Shown here: positions 28,044-37,786 of the stretch, piece after piece | Position numbering within the stretch: position 1 is the first letter of the stretch | How the letters are laid out: each line of letters begins with the position of its first letter | DNA from: an uncultured Thermodesulfatator sp. | GTDB lineage: Bacteria; Desulfobacterota; Dissulfuribacteria; Dissulfuribacterales; QOAL01 | Assembly: GCA_964581255.1 (NCBI GenBank) | Contig: CAZOMT010000002.1 | Span: forward strand, 8,775-72,774 | Reading direction: 5' to 3' | Length of the DNA stretch: 64,000 bases | Notes under the pieces: model-generated | Database searches by the model: none | The model's input: only the letters and a program-made list of their open reading frames with translations | Told to the model about the DNA's origin: nothing | Program-made: the position numbers and the translations under genes

Positions 28044-28766
28044 CTATTTCAACTTCTGCCTTGTAGCAAGCCTTGCCGCAAGATCAGCCATGGATTCTTT
28101 TTCTCCACCTTTTCTAAGGTGCAGCCGCCCCAGTTTGGTTTCAAGCATTGGGCCGCCATCCTGTTCAAAAGGGCTCCAGACAGGAAACCTTATACCTGCT
28201 GCCCAATGGACGAACCATGCCACAGCAGAGAGCAGAGCGGCAGATATCACTATTGCGAGCATGTCTTCAGGTCTATCGACCATGCCAAAGGCACCTATGA
28301 GAATGGTGGAAGCAGCCGGAGGATGAAGAAGGCCAGTGTAGGCCATGCAGGTCCCTCCTGCCCCAAGGGCAACGCCTGCCATCAATATATTTTCAAAATT
28401 CATGGCACCATTTGTCAATCCTAAAAAAGTGCCGATCCAGAAAAAGAGGACACCAGTTATTGCTCCCAACATATGTCCCATCACAGTGTTTCTTGGAGAC
28501 GACATTGGGGAACCAGGACTATAAAACTGAAGGAATATGGTTGGACCAAGGGAAGGAAAAATTAGATTCCATGAAACAAAACGGGCAGCTATGCCGATAA
28601 TTAGAACACTGAAGATTGAACCGCCAAATAAAAACAAGAGACTCATGAAAAGGGCATCGAATCTGGAAGCGAGAAACCAGAATCTCAATCTGGCAACCTT
28701 GCTCGTTTGCCATAAGATCCAGTCTGGTATACGTTGCCCATTAAATAACTTTTTTGATCGCCTCAT
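28044..28766 (-). CDS. HPP family membrane protein
   Basis: Multi-TM, 240 aa, contains the eponymous LLHPPAAST motif. Confidence 0.7.
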   Translation of the reverse strand: MRRSKKLFNGQRIPDWILWQTSKVARLRFWFLASRFDALFMSLLFLFGGSIFSVLIIGIAARFVSWNLIFPSLGPTIFLQFYSPGSPMSSPRNTVMGHMLGAITGVLFFWIGTFLGLTNGAMNFENILMAGVALGAGGTCMAYTGLLHPPAASTILIGAFGMVDRPEDMLAIVISAALLSAVAWFVHWAAGIRFPVWSPFEQDGGPMLETKLGRLHLRKGGEKESMADLAARLATRQKLK

Positions 28767-28769
28767 GTT

Positions 28770-29705
28770 ATGCAGATGAATCTTCTAAAAAAATTTATCC
28801 AGTACTCCCAATTCTCTACAGGTGACTTTGAAAAGATCTTCTCGGACTTTGACGTGCCACCCTGTCCTCAAGTTGTCCTGACCCTGATGGAAATGTTGAA
28901 GAACCCTGATATTGACATCGAACAGATAGTCTCGGTGCTTGAATCAGATCCTTCCTTGGCAAGCCAGATCTTGAAGGTTGTCAATTCGGCCCTTTTTGCA
29001 CTGCCGACACAGGTTGCAAGCGTGAGCAAGGCGGTATCTATCCTTGGTTTGCGCGAGATAGAAAACCTGGCCATAGGATATGCCATGCTCGATACCGCGA
29101 AGGACCCCCAGTGGCAGGGCTTTGATTATGAACGTTATTGGTCAGACTCCATTCTCAGGGCCCTTTTTTCCAGAAATTGTGCGCAATTCATGGGCATAGA
29201 TGCAGAAGAGGCCTTTTCTGCAGGCCTTCTTCAGGATATAGCCTTGCCTCAACTTCTTTCCCAGTGGTTCGATCTTTACTCTAAGGTCTACTCAAAATGG
29301 CTGTCAGAGGGTGGAGACATACACCAGATGGAAAAGGAGGCCTTTTCGTGGAACCATTGCCAGGCCGGGGCCTGGATTGCAAAGAACTGGGGTCTGCCAG
29401 ACCTTTTCATATGCTGTATAGGCCTCCATGGCGCTCGCCAGATGGAAATAAAGGAACTCGGCCTTGAAGAAACCGCAGTTGTCCCAGTAGCCCTTTCGTC
29501 TCGGCTAAACCAAACTGGATTCACTGAAGAAGATGCCGCATACCTGCTGGATGAAGCCAGGGAAACTGGCATTGGGATCGGTGACCTATTGGAGTTGATA
29601 GAAAAAAGCGAGCTGCTCGTGGATGAACTGGCAGTGGCCTTTGGGGTGAAGACAGCCCAGGGGCAGCCTCTTTCAGAATCCATTGCCGCAATAAGCCAGG
29701 AATGA
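28770..29705 (+). CDS. HDOD domain-containing signalling protein
   Basis: PPCPQVVLTLMEMLKNPDIDIEQIVSVLESDPSLASQILKVVNSALFALPTQVASVSKAVSILG is a textbook HDOD N-terminus; 311 aa. Confidence 0.8.
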   Translation: MQMNLLKKFIQYSQFSTGDFEKIFSDFDVPPCPQVVLTLMEMLKNPDIDIEQIVSVLESDPSLASQILKVVNSALFALPTQVASVSKAVSILGLREIENLAIGYAMLDTAKDPQWQGFDYERYWSDSILRALFSRNCAQFMGIDAEEAFSAGLLQDIALPQLLSQWFDLYSKVYSKWLSEGGDIHQMEKEAFSWNHCQAGAWIAKNWGLPDLFICCIGLHGARQMEIKELGLEETAVVPVALSSRLNQTGFTEEDAAYLLDEARETGIGIGDLLELIEKSELLVDELAVAFGVKTAQGQPLSESIAAISQE

Positions 29706-29816
29706 AAACATTGCCATCGAGGACCATTCAAGTATGCCCTATCTGGTTCCGTAAAGATTAACAGCCATTGAATATTGCTGCTGTTTCAAAAAACCTTTAA
29801 CAGAAACGGAAATAAT

Positions 29817-30968
29817 ATGGGCACTAAAAATGTAATCTTTCTTGAGGTACTGGAATGGTTCGATGAGTCTGGCAAGGAGGTATCACACCGGCTTCCAGAA
29901 CATGGCTCCGGCGAGTTCAAGCTCGGTGCGCAGGCTATCGTCCGGGACAACCAGGCGGCAGTTTTCTATTCACAGGGTATAGCCTGTGACGCCCTAGGAC
30001 CTGGCAGGCACACCATCTCCACACTGAACATCCCCATACTTACAAAACTGCTTTCTCTTCCCTGGGGCTTTACCAGCCCGATACGCGCAGAGATCTATTT
30101 TGTAAATCTCAAGGTGTTCACCAACTTGAGATGGGGCACCAGGGACCCGGTTGCCTTTAGGGATAGTGAGCTGGGGCTTGTCAGACTCCGGGCCCACGGG
30201 GTCTTCAATATACAAGTCACCCAGCCTGTACTCTTCGTAAATACACTCGTAGGCACAAAAGCCTCCCTGCTGGTTGATGAGCTGGAATCCTATTGCAGCC
30301 AGGTCATCGTCTCTAGGCTCAATGACTATCTTGGTGAGCACCTGGATACCCTTCTGAATCTGCCTCAAAGATACGGCGAAATGGCCCAGGGGCTTTCAGA
30401 GATTCTCACCAGGGATCTTTCCACTTACGGCATAGCCCTAAAAGAACTCTACATCAACGCCATCACCCCACCTGCGGATGTGCAGCAAGCAATAGATGAA
30501 AAAAGCCGGCTGGGACTTCTTGGTGACAATCTGCCGGGTCTTCTTCAGATGAAAGCTGCAATGGCAATGGAGAAGGCTGCGGAAGGCCAAGGAATGGCCC
30601 AGGGTGGCATCGGCATGGGGCTGGGACTCCTAATCCCAGGATTGCTGTCAGGGGTGGGTTCATTGCAACAAAGTGAAGCCACAGATGGACAAGCTGGAAG
30701 GATGGCCCCTGTTTTCCAGCGCTGTCCAGATTGCGGCATAACCCTGGATACAAATGCAAGATTTTGCCCCAATTGTGGCCATCAGATCCTTGTACTGCGT
30801 CAATGTCCAACCTGCGGTAAAAACATTTCACCAAAGGCCAAATTCTGCCCGGCTTGCGGAGGGAAGGTGGATGCCAAACCTCAACCAAAGACCTGCCCTG
30901 AATGTGGTGCCAAAAACCGTCCTGAGGCGTCCTTCTGCAACATTTGTGGCAGCCGCCTTGGGGAATGA
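29817..30968 (+). CDS. SPFH (stomatin/prohibitin-like, YdjI-type) protein with three C-terminal zinc ribbons
   Basis: N-terminal VIFLEVLEWFDESG...LGAQAIVRDNQAAVFY is YdjI/COG4260-like. The C-terminus has CPDCG..FCPNCG, CPTCG..FCPACG and CPECG..FCNICG. The ATG at 29817 is preferred over 29775. Confidence 0.75.
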   Translation: MGTKNVIFLEVLEWFDESGKEVSHRLPEHGSGEFKLGAQAIVRDNQAAVFYSQGIACDALGPGRHTISTLNIPILTKLLSLPWGFTSPIRAEIYFVNLKVFTNLRWGTRDPVAFRDSELGLVRLRAHGVFNIQVTQPVLFVNTLVGTKASLLVDELESYCSQVIVSRLNDYLGEHLDTLLNLPQRYGEMAQGLSEILTRDLSTYGIALKELYINAITPPADVQQAIDEKSRLGLLGDNLPGLLQMKAAMAMEKAAEGQGMAQGGIGMGLGLLIPGLLSGVGSLQQSEATDGQAGRMAPVFQRCPDCGITLDTNARFCPNCGHQILVLRQCPTCGKNISPKAKFCPACGGKVDAKPQPKTCPECGAKNRPEASFCNICGSRLGE

Positions 30969-32236
30969 AACGGGCTGAAGCCACGGGATCATGCCCCCAG
31001 TGCGGCGGGCAAGTAGATCTAAACATTGGAGACCCATTGTTGTCTTGCAGCTTTTGCAGGACCAAGCTCTATATGGTGCCTCCATCTGGAATCTTCAGTT
31101 ACTTTCTTTCACCTATTGACCGCGCGCAAGATGATGCCCATTTATGTCACCTTCCCTATTGGAGGTTCAGGGGCTTCAAATTCAGGGTACACGAACACCA
31201 AGCCTCAGATTCTTCCCTGGTTGACGTAACTATTCCTGCCTCGGACATGATTTCCAATCTGCCTCCACTTGGTGTAGCTCCCCAAATTGGGACCATGAAG
31301 CTGAATCCCCTTTCACCTCCAGGTCTCAGGTACCTCATCGATCCGAAAAAGGCACTCGAGACAGCCGATGCAAACATAGAGGCCGTCCTGAAGAGCAAGC
31401 CGATAATGGAAGGGATAATGGCTGAAAACGCAAGTATCATCCATGCACCCTTTGAGATAGTTTACATCAAGGGCAAGGCCTCGCATTTAAGGCCGTTGTG
31501 GGGCGCAAAGGGGCACATCCGACTCAACAAAACACATAAAGAGGCCGTTTCCATCTTCATGGAACCTGTGTCAAAAAAAAGACGCATAAGATTCATCCCC
31601 TTGATATGCCCAAAGTGTGGTGGCGACTTGCCTGCATATCCCAGGGCGACGGCCCTTCTTTGCAGATTCTGCAACATGATATGGCCCATTGGAGATGCAA
31701 GCGCCTTTCCAAAAAGATTTGTCACAGTTGAAGCGCCAGCGGGCAGAGATGATATCTTTCTGCCATTCTGGGATTTCTCGTTATATTTACAAAACACAAG
31801 CCTTGAGAACCGTTACGCCTTCTACAAGCAGCTTTTCCCCTACAAGGAATTCCCAAAAGAATGGAAGAAGAGGCCTGTCCAGATCCTGGTCCCAGCGTTC
31901 AAAATAAACCCCAGCCTCTTTTTCAGGCTCTCGACACGGATGAGCAGGCTTGAGACAAATTTCATGCTCCACGAAAATAAAAATCCCGGTGAGATCCCCA
32001 GGCTGCATCCTGTGAACTTTACCTTAAACGAGGCGGCCTATTCTATTAGAATAGTACTTTTTGATTTGTTCCGTAATAAAAAACGGGTATTTGACCAGAT
32101 AAGAAAGGCTGCCATCAGGATAAAGGGCTCCAGACTCTTACTACTGCCTTTCATGAGGAAAAACAGGGAATATGTCGAATTTCACTCTGGCCAGGCCCTA
32201 CCTGTCCCTGCCATAGAATTTGGCACAAGGCTTTAA
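30965..32236 (+). CDS. hypothetical protein with two zinc-ribbon-headed repeats (possible YdjG analogue)
   Basis: ATGA overlap with the SPFH gene stop. CPQCGG-x15-CSFC occurs at the N-terminus and CPKCGG-x14-CRFC at about residue 215, each followed by an LP[YF]W.F string. Confidence 0.6.
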   Translation: MKRAEATGSCPQCGGQVDLNIGDPLLSCSFCRTKLYMVPPSGIFSYFLSPIDRAQDDAHLCHLPYWRFRGFKFRVHEHQASDSSLVDVTIPASDMISNLPPLGVAPQIGTMKLNPLSPPGLRYLIDPKKALETADANIEAVLKSKPIMEGIMAENASIIHAPFEIVYIKGKASHLRPLWGAKGHIRLNKTHKEAVSIFMEPVSKKRRIRFIPLICPKCGGDLPAYPRATALLCRFCNMIWPIGDASAFPKRFVTVEAPAGRDDIFLPFWDFSLYLQNTSLENRYAFYKQLFPYKEFPKEWKKRPVQILVPAFKINPSLFFRLSTRMSRLETNFMLHENKNPGEIPRLHPVNFTLNEAAYSIRIVLFDLFRNKKRVFDQIRKAAIRIKGSRLLLLPFMRKNREYVEFHSGQALPVPAIEFGTRL

Positions 32237-32385
32237 GACAACCAAATCTCACTAAAAGATTCATCCAGTGGAGATCTTGTATTTAAGATATTCCTTCATT
32301 ATCTTTCTTCTGTCTCGAGGCTGCCTTCCAAAATTGGAGCTATTGGATCAAGAACAAACTAAGCGTTCTGCCAAATACACGTCAA

Positions 32386-32964
32386 TTGACTCAAAAAGGA
32401 TATATCAAACCCACTATTTCTTTTGTTGCGGCAGCAATCTTTCTTGCTGGAGCATGGATGGCATGGCACGCTTGGCAAATATCCCATGAACGAGTCAACG
32501 AGGCCATACCGCCAGGTCTTGTGTTAAAAAATATCACTTACACAAAGTCCAGCCACGGCAGGGCCATATGGACATTTTCTGCCCAACAGGCTGAACACAA
32601 CAGGCAAAGCGGGCTTATCAAGGCCAAAAAGATCCATCTCGTATTTCACGATAAGATCCGTGGGGACATCGAACTTACTGCAGACATGGGGCAGATACAT
32701 TCTGGCAACGAGACCATCAGGGTAATGGGGCATGTTCGAATAGAAGACCAGCCAGACAACATCCTCACCACCGACTGGATGGAATATGATGAAAGAAGCG
32801 GGATATTGAAGACCACTGCCCCTGTCCATATAAGGCTCGATGGCTCTACCATCGAGGGCAAGGGGCTTAGTATAGACACCAAACAGAGGAAACTTTTCGT
32901 TTCGTCCGACGTAAATGCCACCCTGGACAACGAACAGGATGGCAATAAGGATCATGAAGGCTAA
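32386..32964 (+). CDS. lptC: LptC-family protein, second copy
   Basis: TTG start, single N-terminal TM ([17 protein letters not shown]), 192 aa. It has the repeated beta pattern ([22 protein letters not shown]; [20 protein letters not shown]) typical of LptC/OstA-fold proteins, and an LptB paralogue follows directly. Confidence 0.65.
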   Translation: MTQKGYIKPTISFVAAAIFLAGAWMAWHAWQISHERVNEAIPPGLVLKNITYTKSSHGRAIWTFSAQQAEHNRQSGLIKAKKIHLVFHDKIRGDIELTADMGQIHSGNETIRVMGHVRIEDQPDNILTTDWMEYDERSGILKTTAPVHIRLDGSTIEGKGLSIDTKQRKLFVSSDVNATLDNEQDGNKDHEG

Positions 32965-33682
32965 ACGGCTTGCTGCCCAGCAACTTGAGAAGACATTCAA
33001 TGCCAGAAAGGTAGTGGATGGCCTTTCCATTCACGTGGATTCTGGTGAGATAGTTGGCCTCCTTGGCCCAAATGGAGCTGGCAAGACGACTACCTTCTAT
33101 ATGGTGGTGGGTCTGCTCAAACCTGACAAGGGGACTGTTTTCCTGGATGAAAACGAGCTTACAAAACTTTCCCTCTCGGCCCGTGCAAGGGCAGGCATCT
33201 CCTATCTTCCCCAGGAACGCTCTTTATTCCAGGGCTTGACAGTGGGACAAAACCTTCTTGCAGTGCTTGAGTTTCAAGATATAACTAGGCAGGAACAAAT
33301 CAAACGCAGAGACGAATTGATAGTCCAGTTCAACCTTGACCATGTGGCATCCAACCTGGCAAGTTCCCTTTCTGGAGGTGAAGCAAGGCGCCTTGAGATC
33401 GCCAGAGCCCTTGCCATACAGCCTATGTTCATGCTTCTTGACGAACCCTTTGCTGGAATCGATCCCATCACCGTCACCTCGATTCAGGATATAATCAAAA
33501 GACTCAGGGCCCAAGGTATCGGCATATTGATCTCAGACCATAATGTAAGAGAGACCCTGCGGATATGCGATAGGGCCTACATATTGAACCAAGGCAAGCT
33601 GCTGGAGGCTGGAGACCCTGAAAGGTTGTCGCAAAGCCCCTTGGTAAGGGCCGTATACCTAGGGGATAATTTCAGGCTCTGA
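32954..33682 (+). CDS. lptB: LptB-type ABC ATP-binding protein, second copy
   Basis: [48 protein letters not shown] and C-terminal VYLGDNFRL are all shared with the copy at 14895..15629. The start could be 32939 or 32954; it overlaps the lptC-like stop. Confidence 0.85.
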   Translation: MKAKRLAAQQLEKTFNARKVVDGLSIHVDSGEIVGLLGPNGAGKTTTFYMVVGLLKPDKGTVFLDENELTKLSLSARARAGISYLPQERSLFQGLTVGQNLLAVLEFQDITRQEQIKRRDELIVQFNLDHVASNLASSLSGGEARRLEIARALAIQPMFMLLDEPFAGIDPITVTSIQDIIKRLRAQGIGILISDHNVRETLRICDRAYILNQGKLLEAGDPERLSQSPLVRAVYLGDNFRL

Positions 33683-34841
33683 ATGCCTTTATCCTGAGCC
33701 TGTTCAACAAGAATTCTGCTATGGCCCTGGCTCCCCGTTCAGCTGCAGTAGAGCCTGGTTCATTGTAAAAGGTGTAATCGAAGGCCTTCTTTTGCTTTTC
33801 AAGATACAACTCTTTGTGGGTGGAAAACGCCCTCTTCAAGGCGGCATCGAGGCCTGTGTCCACATCATCCACCACTTGTCCCAGGTTCCAGTGATAATAA
33901 AACGGATTGTCCTGCCACTGGACATGGTGGCCATTCAAGAAGATGCAAGGGCGAGGCTCAAACAAAAACTCGTAGACTTGGCTGCTCACATCTCCAAGAT
34001 AGATGTCTGCTGCCCGCATGTACGTCATATCCGCTGAAGCATGGCTTCCTAGATCAATGTAGATATTGTTTACCTTGTGATACCTTTTTGGCAGCCTGGC
34101 CTTGTGACGTTTACGCCTCTTGAATAACACCACATGTGGCGCAAAGATCAGGTTGTATTCGGGATGCGTCCTGAAAAACTCCATTACCTTAATGCCCATG
34201 GGTGCCCACGAAGAAACCCTCTGATCAAAATGTGGATTGTATACTATGACAGGCCTTGAATTGTCGAAAAGACGCTTTCTTTCAGGCCTCAAGCCCTGCA
34301 CTACCTCAAATTTGGGCCACCCCACCACTGCATATCTGCCTTCCTTCAGGTATCCCAACTCCTTCAGCCTGTCTACATACTTCTGGCCAGGCAGCAGTGT
34401 GAAGTCAAAGGCCCCTGATCTATCGTCAAAGCCCCCTTCCCTGTCTCCAGCTCCATGCCTTGCATGGATCATTATGAGATCCTTCAGGCCAAATCTCGTC
34501 TTCAGCTGCATGCAATTTCGCTCTGGTGCCACCAGGGCATCCATTTCCTGAAAAAAGGCAAGATTGTTCTTAAGTACCATCCTCTTGCGCTTGAAGGCCC
34601 ATTTGGAAACCACTGGATCAATGAAACGATAATACCAGGGCACAGCAAGCAACTTGTATTTGCACCTATGACCAGGATAAAGAGTGCTTATTGCCCTTGC
34701 AAAAGCCATTTCTTGGGTAGATGAGCAGGCTATCACCACCTCTATCTCAGGATAAATCCTGGAAAGCTCAAAAGCGTATGGCGCGGCATGGGGAACCTGA
34801 TGCACGAAGTAATGATTGAAGAGAAAACAGACCTTTATCAC
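33672..34841 (-). CDS. hypothetical protein, possibly TagF-like CDP-glycerol/alditol-phosphotransferase fold
   Basis: 389 aa. VIVYNPHF and [25 protein letters not shown] resemble the YAPTxR and ADxLITDYSSxxFDF blocks of the Glyphos_transf family. Recognised only by eye. Its 3' end overlaps the lptB copy convergently by 11 nt. Confidence 0.35.
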   Translation of the reverse strand: MIKVCFLFNHYFVHQVPHAAPYAFELSRIYPEIEVVIACSSTQEMAFARAISTLYPGHRCKYKLLAVPWYYRFIDPVVSKWAFKRKRMVLKNNLAFFQEMDALVAPERNCMQLKTRFGLKDLIMIHARHGAGDREGGFDDRSGAFDFTLLPGQKYVDRLKELGYLKEGRYAVVGWPKFEVVQGLRPERKRLFDNSRPVIVYNPHFDQRVSSWAPMGIKVMEFFRTHPEYNLIFAPHVVLFKRRKRHKARLPKRYHKVNNIYIDLGSHASADMTYMRAADIYLGDVSSQVYEFLFEPRPCIFLNGHHVQWQDNPFYYHWNLGQVVDDVDTGLDAALKRAFSTHKELYLEKQKKAFDYTFYNEPGSTAAERGARAIAEFLLNRLRIKAFRA

Positions 34842-34848
34842 AATGAAT

Positions 34849-36033
34849 TTATTTTCTTAGCTTTTTTTCTTTTTTGGCTCGCAAAACATCTTCGAAAACT
34901 TTCAGATAACCTTGGACCGCCTTGTCCACTGAGAAATATTCGGCCCGTTTTTTAAGTTCTTCACGATTCCATCTGGTGTCAAGGCCTTTCAATATGGCCT
35001 CCGACATAGCCTTGTCATCTCCAACAGGCACAAGAATCCCAAATCTGCCATCCTCGATTATCTCGCCTGCCCCGCCTGGAGAATCTGTGCTCACAACAGG
35101 GCAACCTGCTGCCAGTGCCTCGATCAGCACACCTGGAAGCCCTTCAAATCTGGATGAAAGACAAAAAAGATGGGCCTTGGACATAAACGCCAGGGGGTTG
35201 GGCACGAAACCATGAAGATCCACCTTGTCTTCGACTCCAAGCTTGGAAATAAGCCTTTTTAGAGCCTGCCGTTCCTTTCCCTCTCCGAGGATTATGAGTC
35301 TCATGTCCCTTTGCCTTACGGCATGGCTGAAGGCCCTTATAAGCATTGCAAAATCCTTCTGTGCCGAAAGTCTTCCAGCCGCAAGGATCACAGGAGGCAC
35401 CTGCCGTTTATCCCCACTCAACCAAGGATGGTCCACATGCTCCCTGGCCTTATCCAGAAGCCCTGGTGTGAATGTGGGATTATAAACCACCCTGATCTTT
35501 TCCACAGGGATGCCCGTTGCCCTGGAGGTGTCTTCGGCAATGTTTTTTGATACTGCCACGAAACCATCAGCATGGGGATAAAGCCGGCATGACTTGATAA
35601 ATCTAACCCTCTTCTTGAGACCCTTTCCTGTTTTTAATGAAGAGGTTAGATGATTACTGAGCCTTATCACCAGAGGAATACTGGTGCCAGAAAGGAGTTT
35701 TGCCGAAATGGCCGCTATGTGTGCATGATTGGCTGCAGATAACAATATGTCCATATCTGCATGCCTTTCAGCCTTTCTGAGGCATGCCACAAGGGGCCAA
35801 CGGCTTAGATCCATCTTGCGCTTCTTGGATAACTTTTTAAAAAGAGGTCTCATAAGCCCCTTGCCCAACTCCTCAACCAATACGCCATCTGCCACATCTT
35901 CCAGATAGCCCCCTTTTTCCACAACTATGAATCTTACCTTGTGGCCTTGCTCCTCAAAGGCCTTTGCCAAGGTGAGAACCCTTCTTGTGGCCCCGCCCCA
36001 TGTAAGGCCGAAGATGAAGATTCCAATTTTCAT
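34849..36033 (-). CDS. glycosyltransferase family 4 (GT-B)
   Basis: N-terminal GGATRRV and C-terminal SRFEGLPGVLIEALAAGCPVVSTDSPGGAGEII (E-x7-E motif); 394 aa. Confidence 0.85.
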   Translation of the reverse strand: MKIGIFIFGLTWGGATRRVLTLAKAFEEQGHKVRFIVVEKGGYLEDVADGVLVEELGKGLMRPLFKKLSKKRKMDLSRWPLVACLRKAERHADMDILLSAANHAHIAAISAKLLSGTSIPLVIRLSNHLTSSLKTGKGLKKRVRFIKSCRLYPHADGFVAVSKNIAEDTSRATGIPVEKIRVVYNPTFTPGLLDKAREHVDHPWLSGDKRQVPPVILAAGRLSAQKDFAMLIRAFSHAVRQRDMRLIILGEGKERQALKRLISKLGVEDKVDLHGFVPNPLAFMSKAHLFCLSSRFEGLPGVLIEALAAGCPVVSTDSPGGAGEIIEDGRFGILVPVGDDKAMSEAILKGLDTRWNREELKKRAEYFSVDKAVQGYLKVFEDVLRAKKEKKLRK

Positions 36034-37745
36034 GGAAGCCTTTTCACCTGTTTGGCCTGGCCGTTCTCGAGTCTGTAGGCTATATCGGCCGCCTTCAGCA
36101 TGGTTTCCTGATGGGAAATGGCAAGCACTGTTACAGAATCCCTAAGGCCTCTCAAGGTGTGGCATATTTCCAGCTCTGTTTCCGGATCCAAGGCACTCGT
36201 GGCCTCATCCATGATAAGAAGTGCAGGCCTGTTGACGAGCGCCCTAGCTATGGTGATCCGTTGCCTCTGGCCCCCTGAAATAAGGCCCCCCCTTTCACCA
36301 ACGAGGCTGTGGATGCCCTTTGGCATCCTTGAAACAAACTCCCAGGCACCTGCCTTTTTGAGGGCATCTATTACAGCCTCTTCACTTATGCTTTCATCTC
36401 CAAGGGTAATATTGAAATAGACCGTATCGTGCAGAAGGAGGGTCTCCTGTGGCACATAGCCAACCATTTTCCTCCATTTCCTGAGATCTATTTCCGAAAT
36501 AGGGATATCGTCTACCATTACCTTGCCTGCCTCAGGTTGAATCAGACCTGTTATCATATCCACAACGGTTGTCTTTCCTGCTCCAGATGGCCCTATCAAG
36601 GCCGTAAAGGAACCCTTTGGAACCTCCATGGAGAGCCCATGCAATACAGGCCGTTCATTGTAACTCAGATCTATGTCCACGAGGGAAATGGCCCTTTCAA
36701 ATCGGGGAGGCATACTGCCTGTAAATCTCTCCCTTTTCTCTTCTGCTTCCTCGATCCTCGAAAGGAGAGACCAGTAGGCACTTTCAGCTATGACCATGGA
36801 CTGATGCTGTTTTTGGGCCCGCTGAAGGGCCTTTAGAATCTTTGCAAGCATATAGACCATCACCAGCACATTAGAGAGGGGAAGATCCAGAAGCACCAAC
36901 GCCACGTAGAGGCCTATTGCAAAGAAAATGGTGGTAAGCGGCTCTTGAAGCGCCCTCAACGCCTCCTTGCTGAACACTTGCCTTTGAAGGGCCTTTTTAA
37001 GATCCACTGTCTTTTCGGCAAGTATCCTCTCGGCAGCGTATTCTCTTGCCATTGCCTTAAGTGGCTTTATGGAAAGAAGGATATCAGTGAGAAAGGACAG
37101 AAGGGACTTGAGGAGCAATGTCTGGTCACGTCCTGCCCTTTTGGCACGCCTTACCATGAAGCGCAGGACATAAAGGATTCCAGTACCCATTATGACAGCC
37201 ATGACCGTCGCCTTCCATGCCACCATAAGTGCTACTGTTGTATAAACAGCGGCATTCATAAGCATGGCAATCAGCCTCATGCCAAAAAGATACGCATCTG
37301 CCGACCTGGTGGCCTCGGTGGCAAAAGAGTTGGCTATGCTGCCCGTAGGCTGACGCACATAATAGGTCCAACTGCTGTTAAATATTGCCTTGAGCAGGGC
37401 CAGACGAAGATCTGTTGCCACGTTGGCAACCATATACCCGACCTTCCTGTTGGCCAGAAGCACCAGTAGCACCTTGATCACTATGCTCATAACAAAAATT
37501 ATGAGCAAAAGGCCGATGGTGGGCTCGGCCCCAAAAAAAGCAAACAGGCTGGATATGGCCCTTTCCAGGGATGAGCTCGCCTTGTGTGCCTCTTCGGCCC
37601 CATTCACTCCTCCTGCCGAAAGGCTCAAAAGTGGCAGGAGCATGGACATGCCAAACCCCTCTGCAATCCCCGCGATGAGCATGGCAAAGAGCGTAAGAAG
37701 ACTCTGAGCAGGATATCTTTTGAGAAAGCTTATGATGAATCTCAT
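36030..37745 (-). CDS. ABC transporter, fused permease/ATPase, MsbA-like lipid exporter type
   Basis: Six-TM N-domain, Walker A GPSGAGKTT, signature ISGGQRQR and Walker B LLIMDEATSALD; 571 aa. 4-nt overlap with the GT4 gene. Confidence 0.85.
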   Translation of the reverse strand: MRFIISFLKRYPAQSLLTLFAMLIAGIAEGFGMSMLLPLLSLSAGGVNGAEEAHKASSSLERAISSLFAFFGAEPTIGLLLIIFVMSIVIKVLLVLLANRKVGYMVANVATDLRLALLKAIFNSSWTYYVRQPTGSIANSFATEATRSADAYLFGMRLIAMLMNAAVYTTVALMVAWKATVMAVIMGTGILYVLRFMVRRAKRAGRDQTLLLKSLLSFLTDILLSIKPLKAMAREYAAERILAEKTVDLKKALQRQVFSKEALRALQEPLTTIFFAIGLYVALVLLDLPLSNVLVMVYMLAKILKALQRAQKQHQSMVIAESAYWSLLSRIEEAEEKRERFTGSMPPRFERAISLVDIDLSYNERPVLHGLSMEVPKGSFTALIGPSGAGKTTVVDMITGLIQPEAGKVMVDDIPISEIDLRKWRKMVGYVPQETLLLHDTVYFNITLGDESISEEAVIDALKKAGAWEFVSRMPKGIHSLVGERGGLISGGQRQRITIARALVNRPALLIMDEATSALDPETELEICHTLRGLRDSVTVLAISHQETMLKAADIAYRLENGQAKQVKRLP

Positions 37746-37786
37746 TGCAAGGGGAAAGGTCTTTTTTATTGCGGAAACGTTATGGC

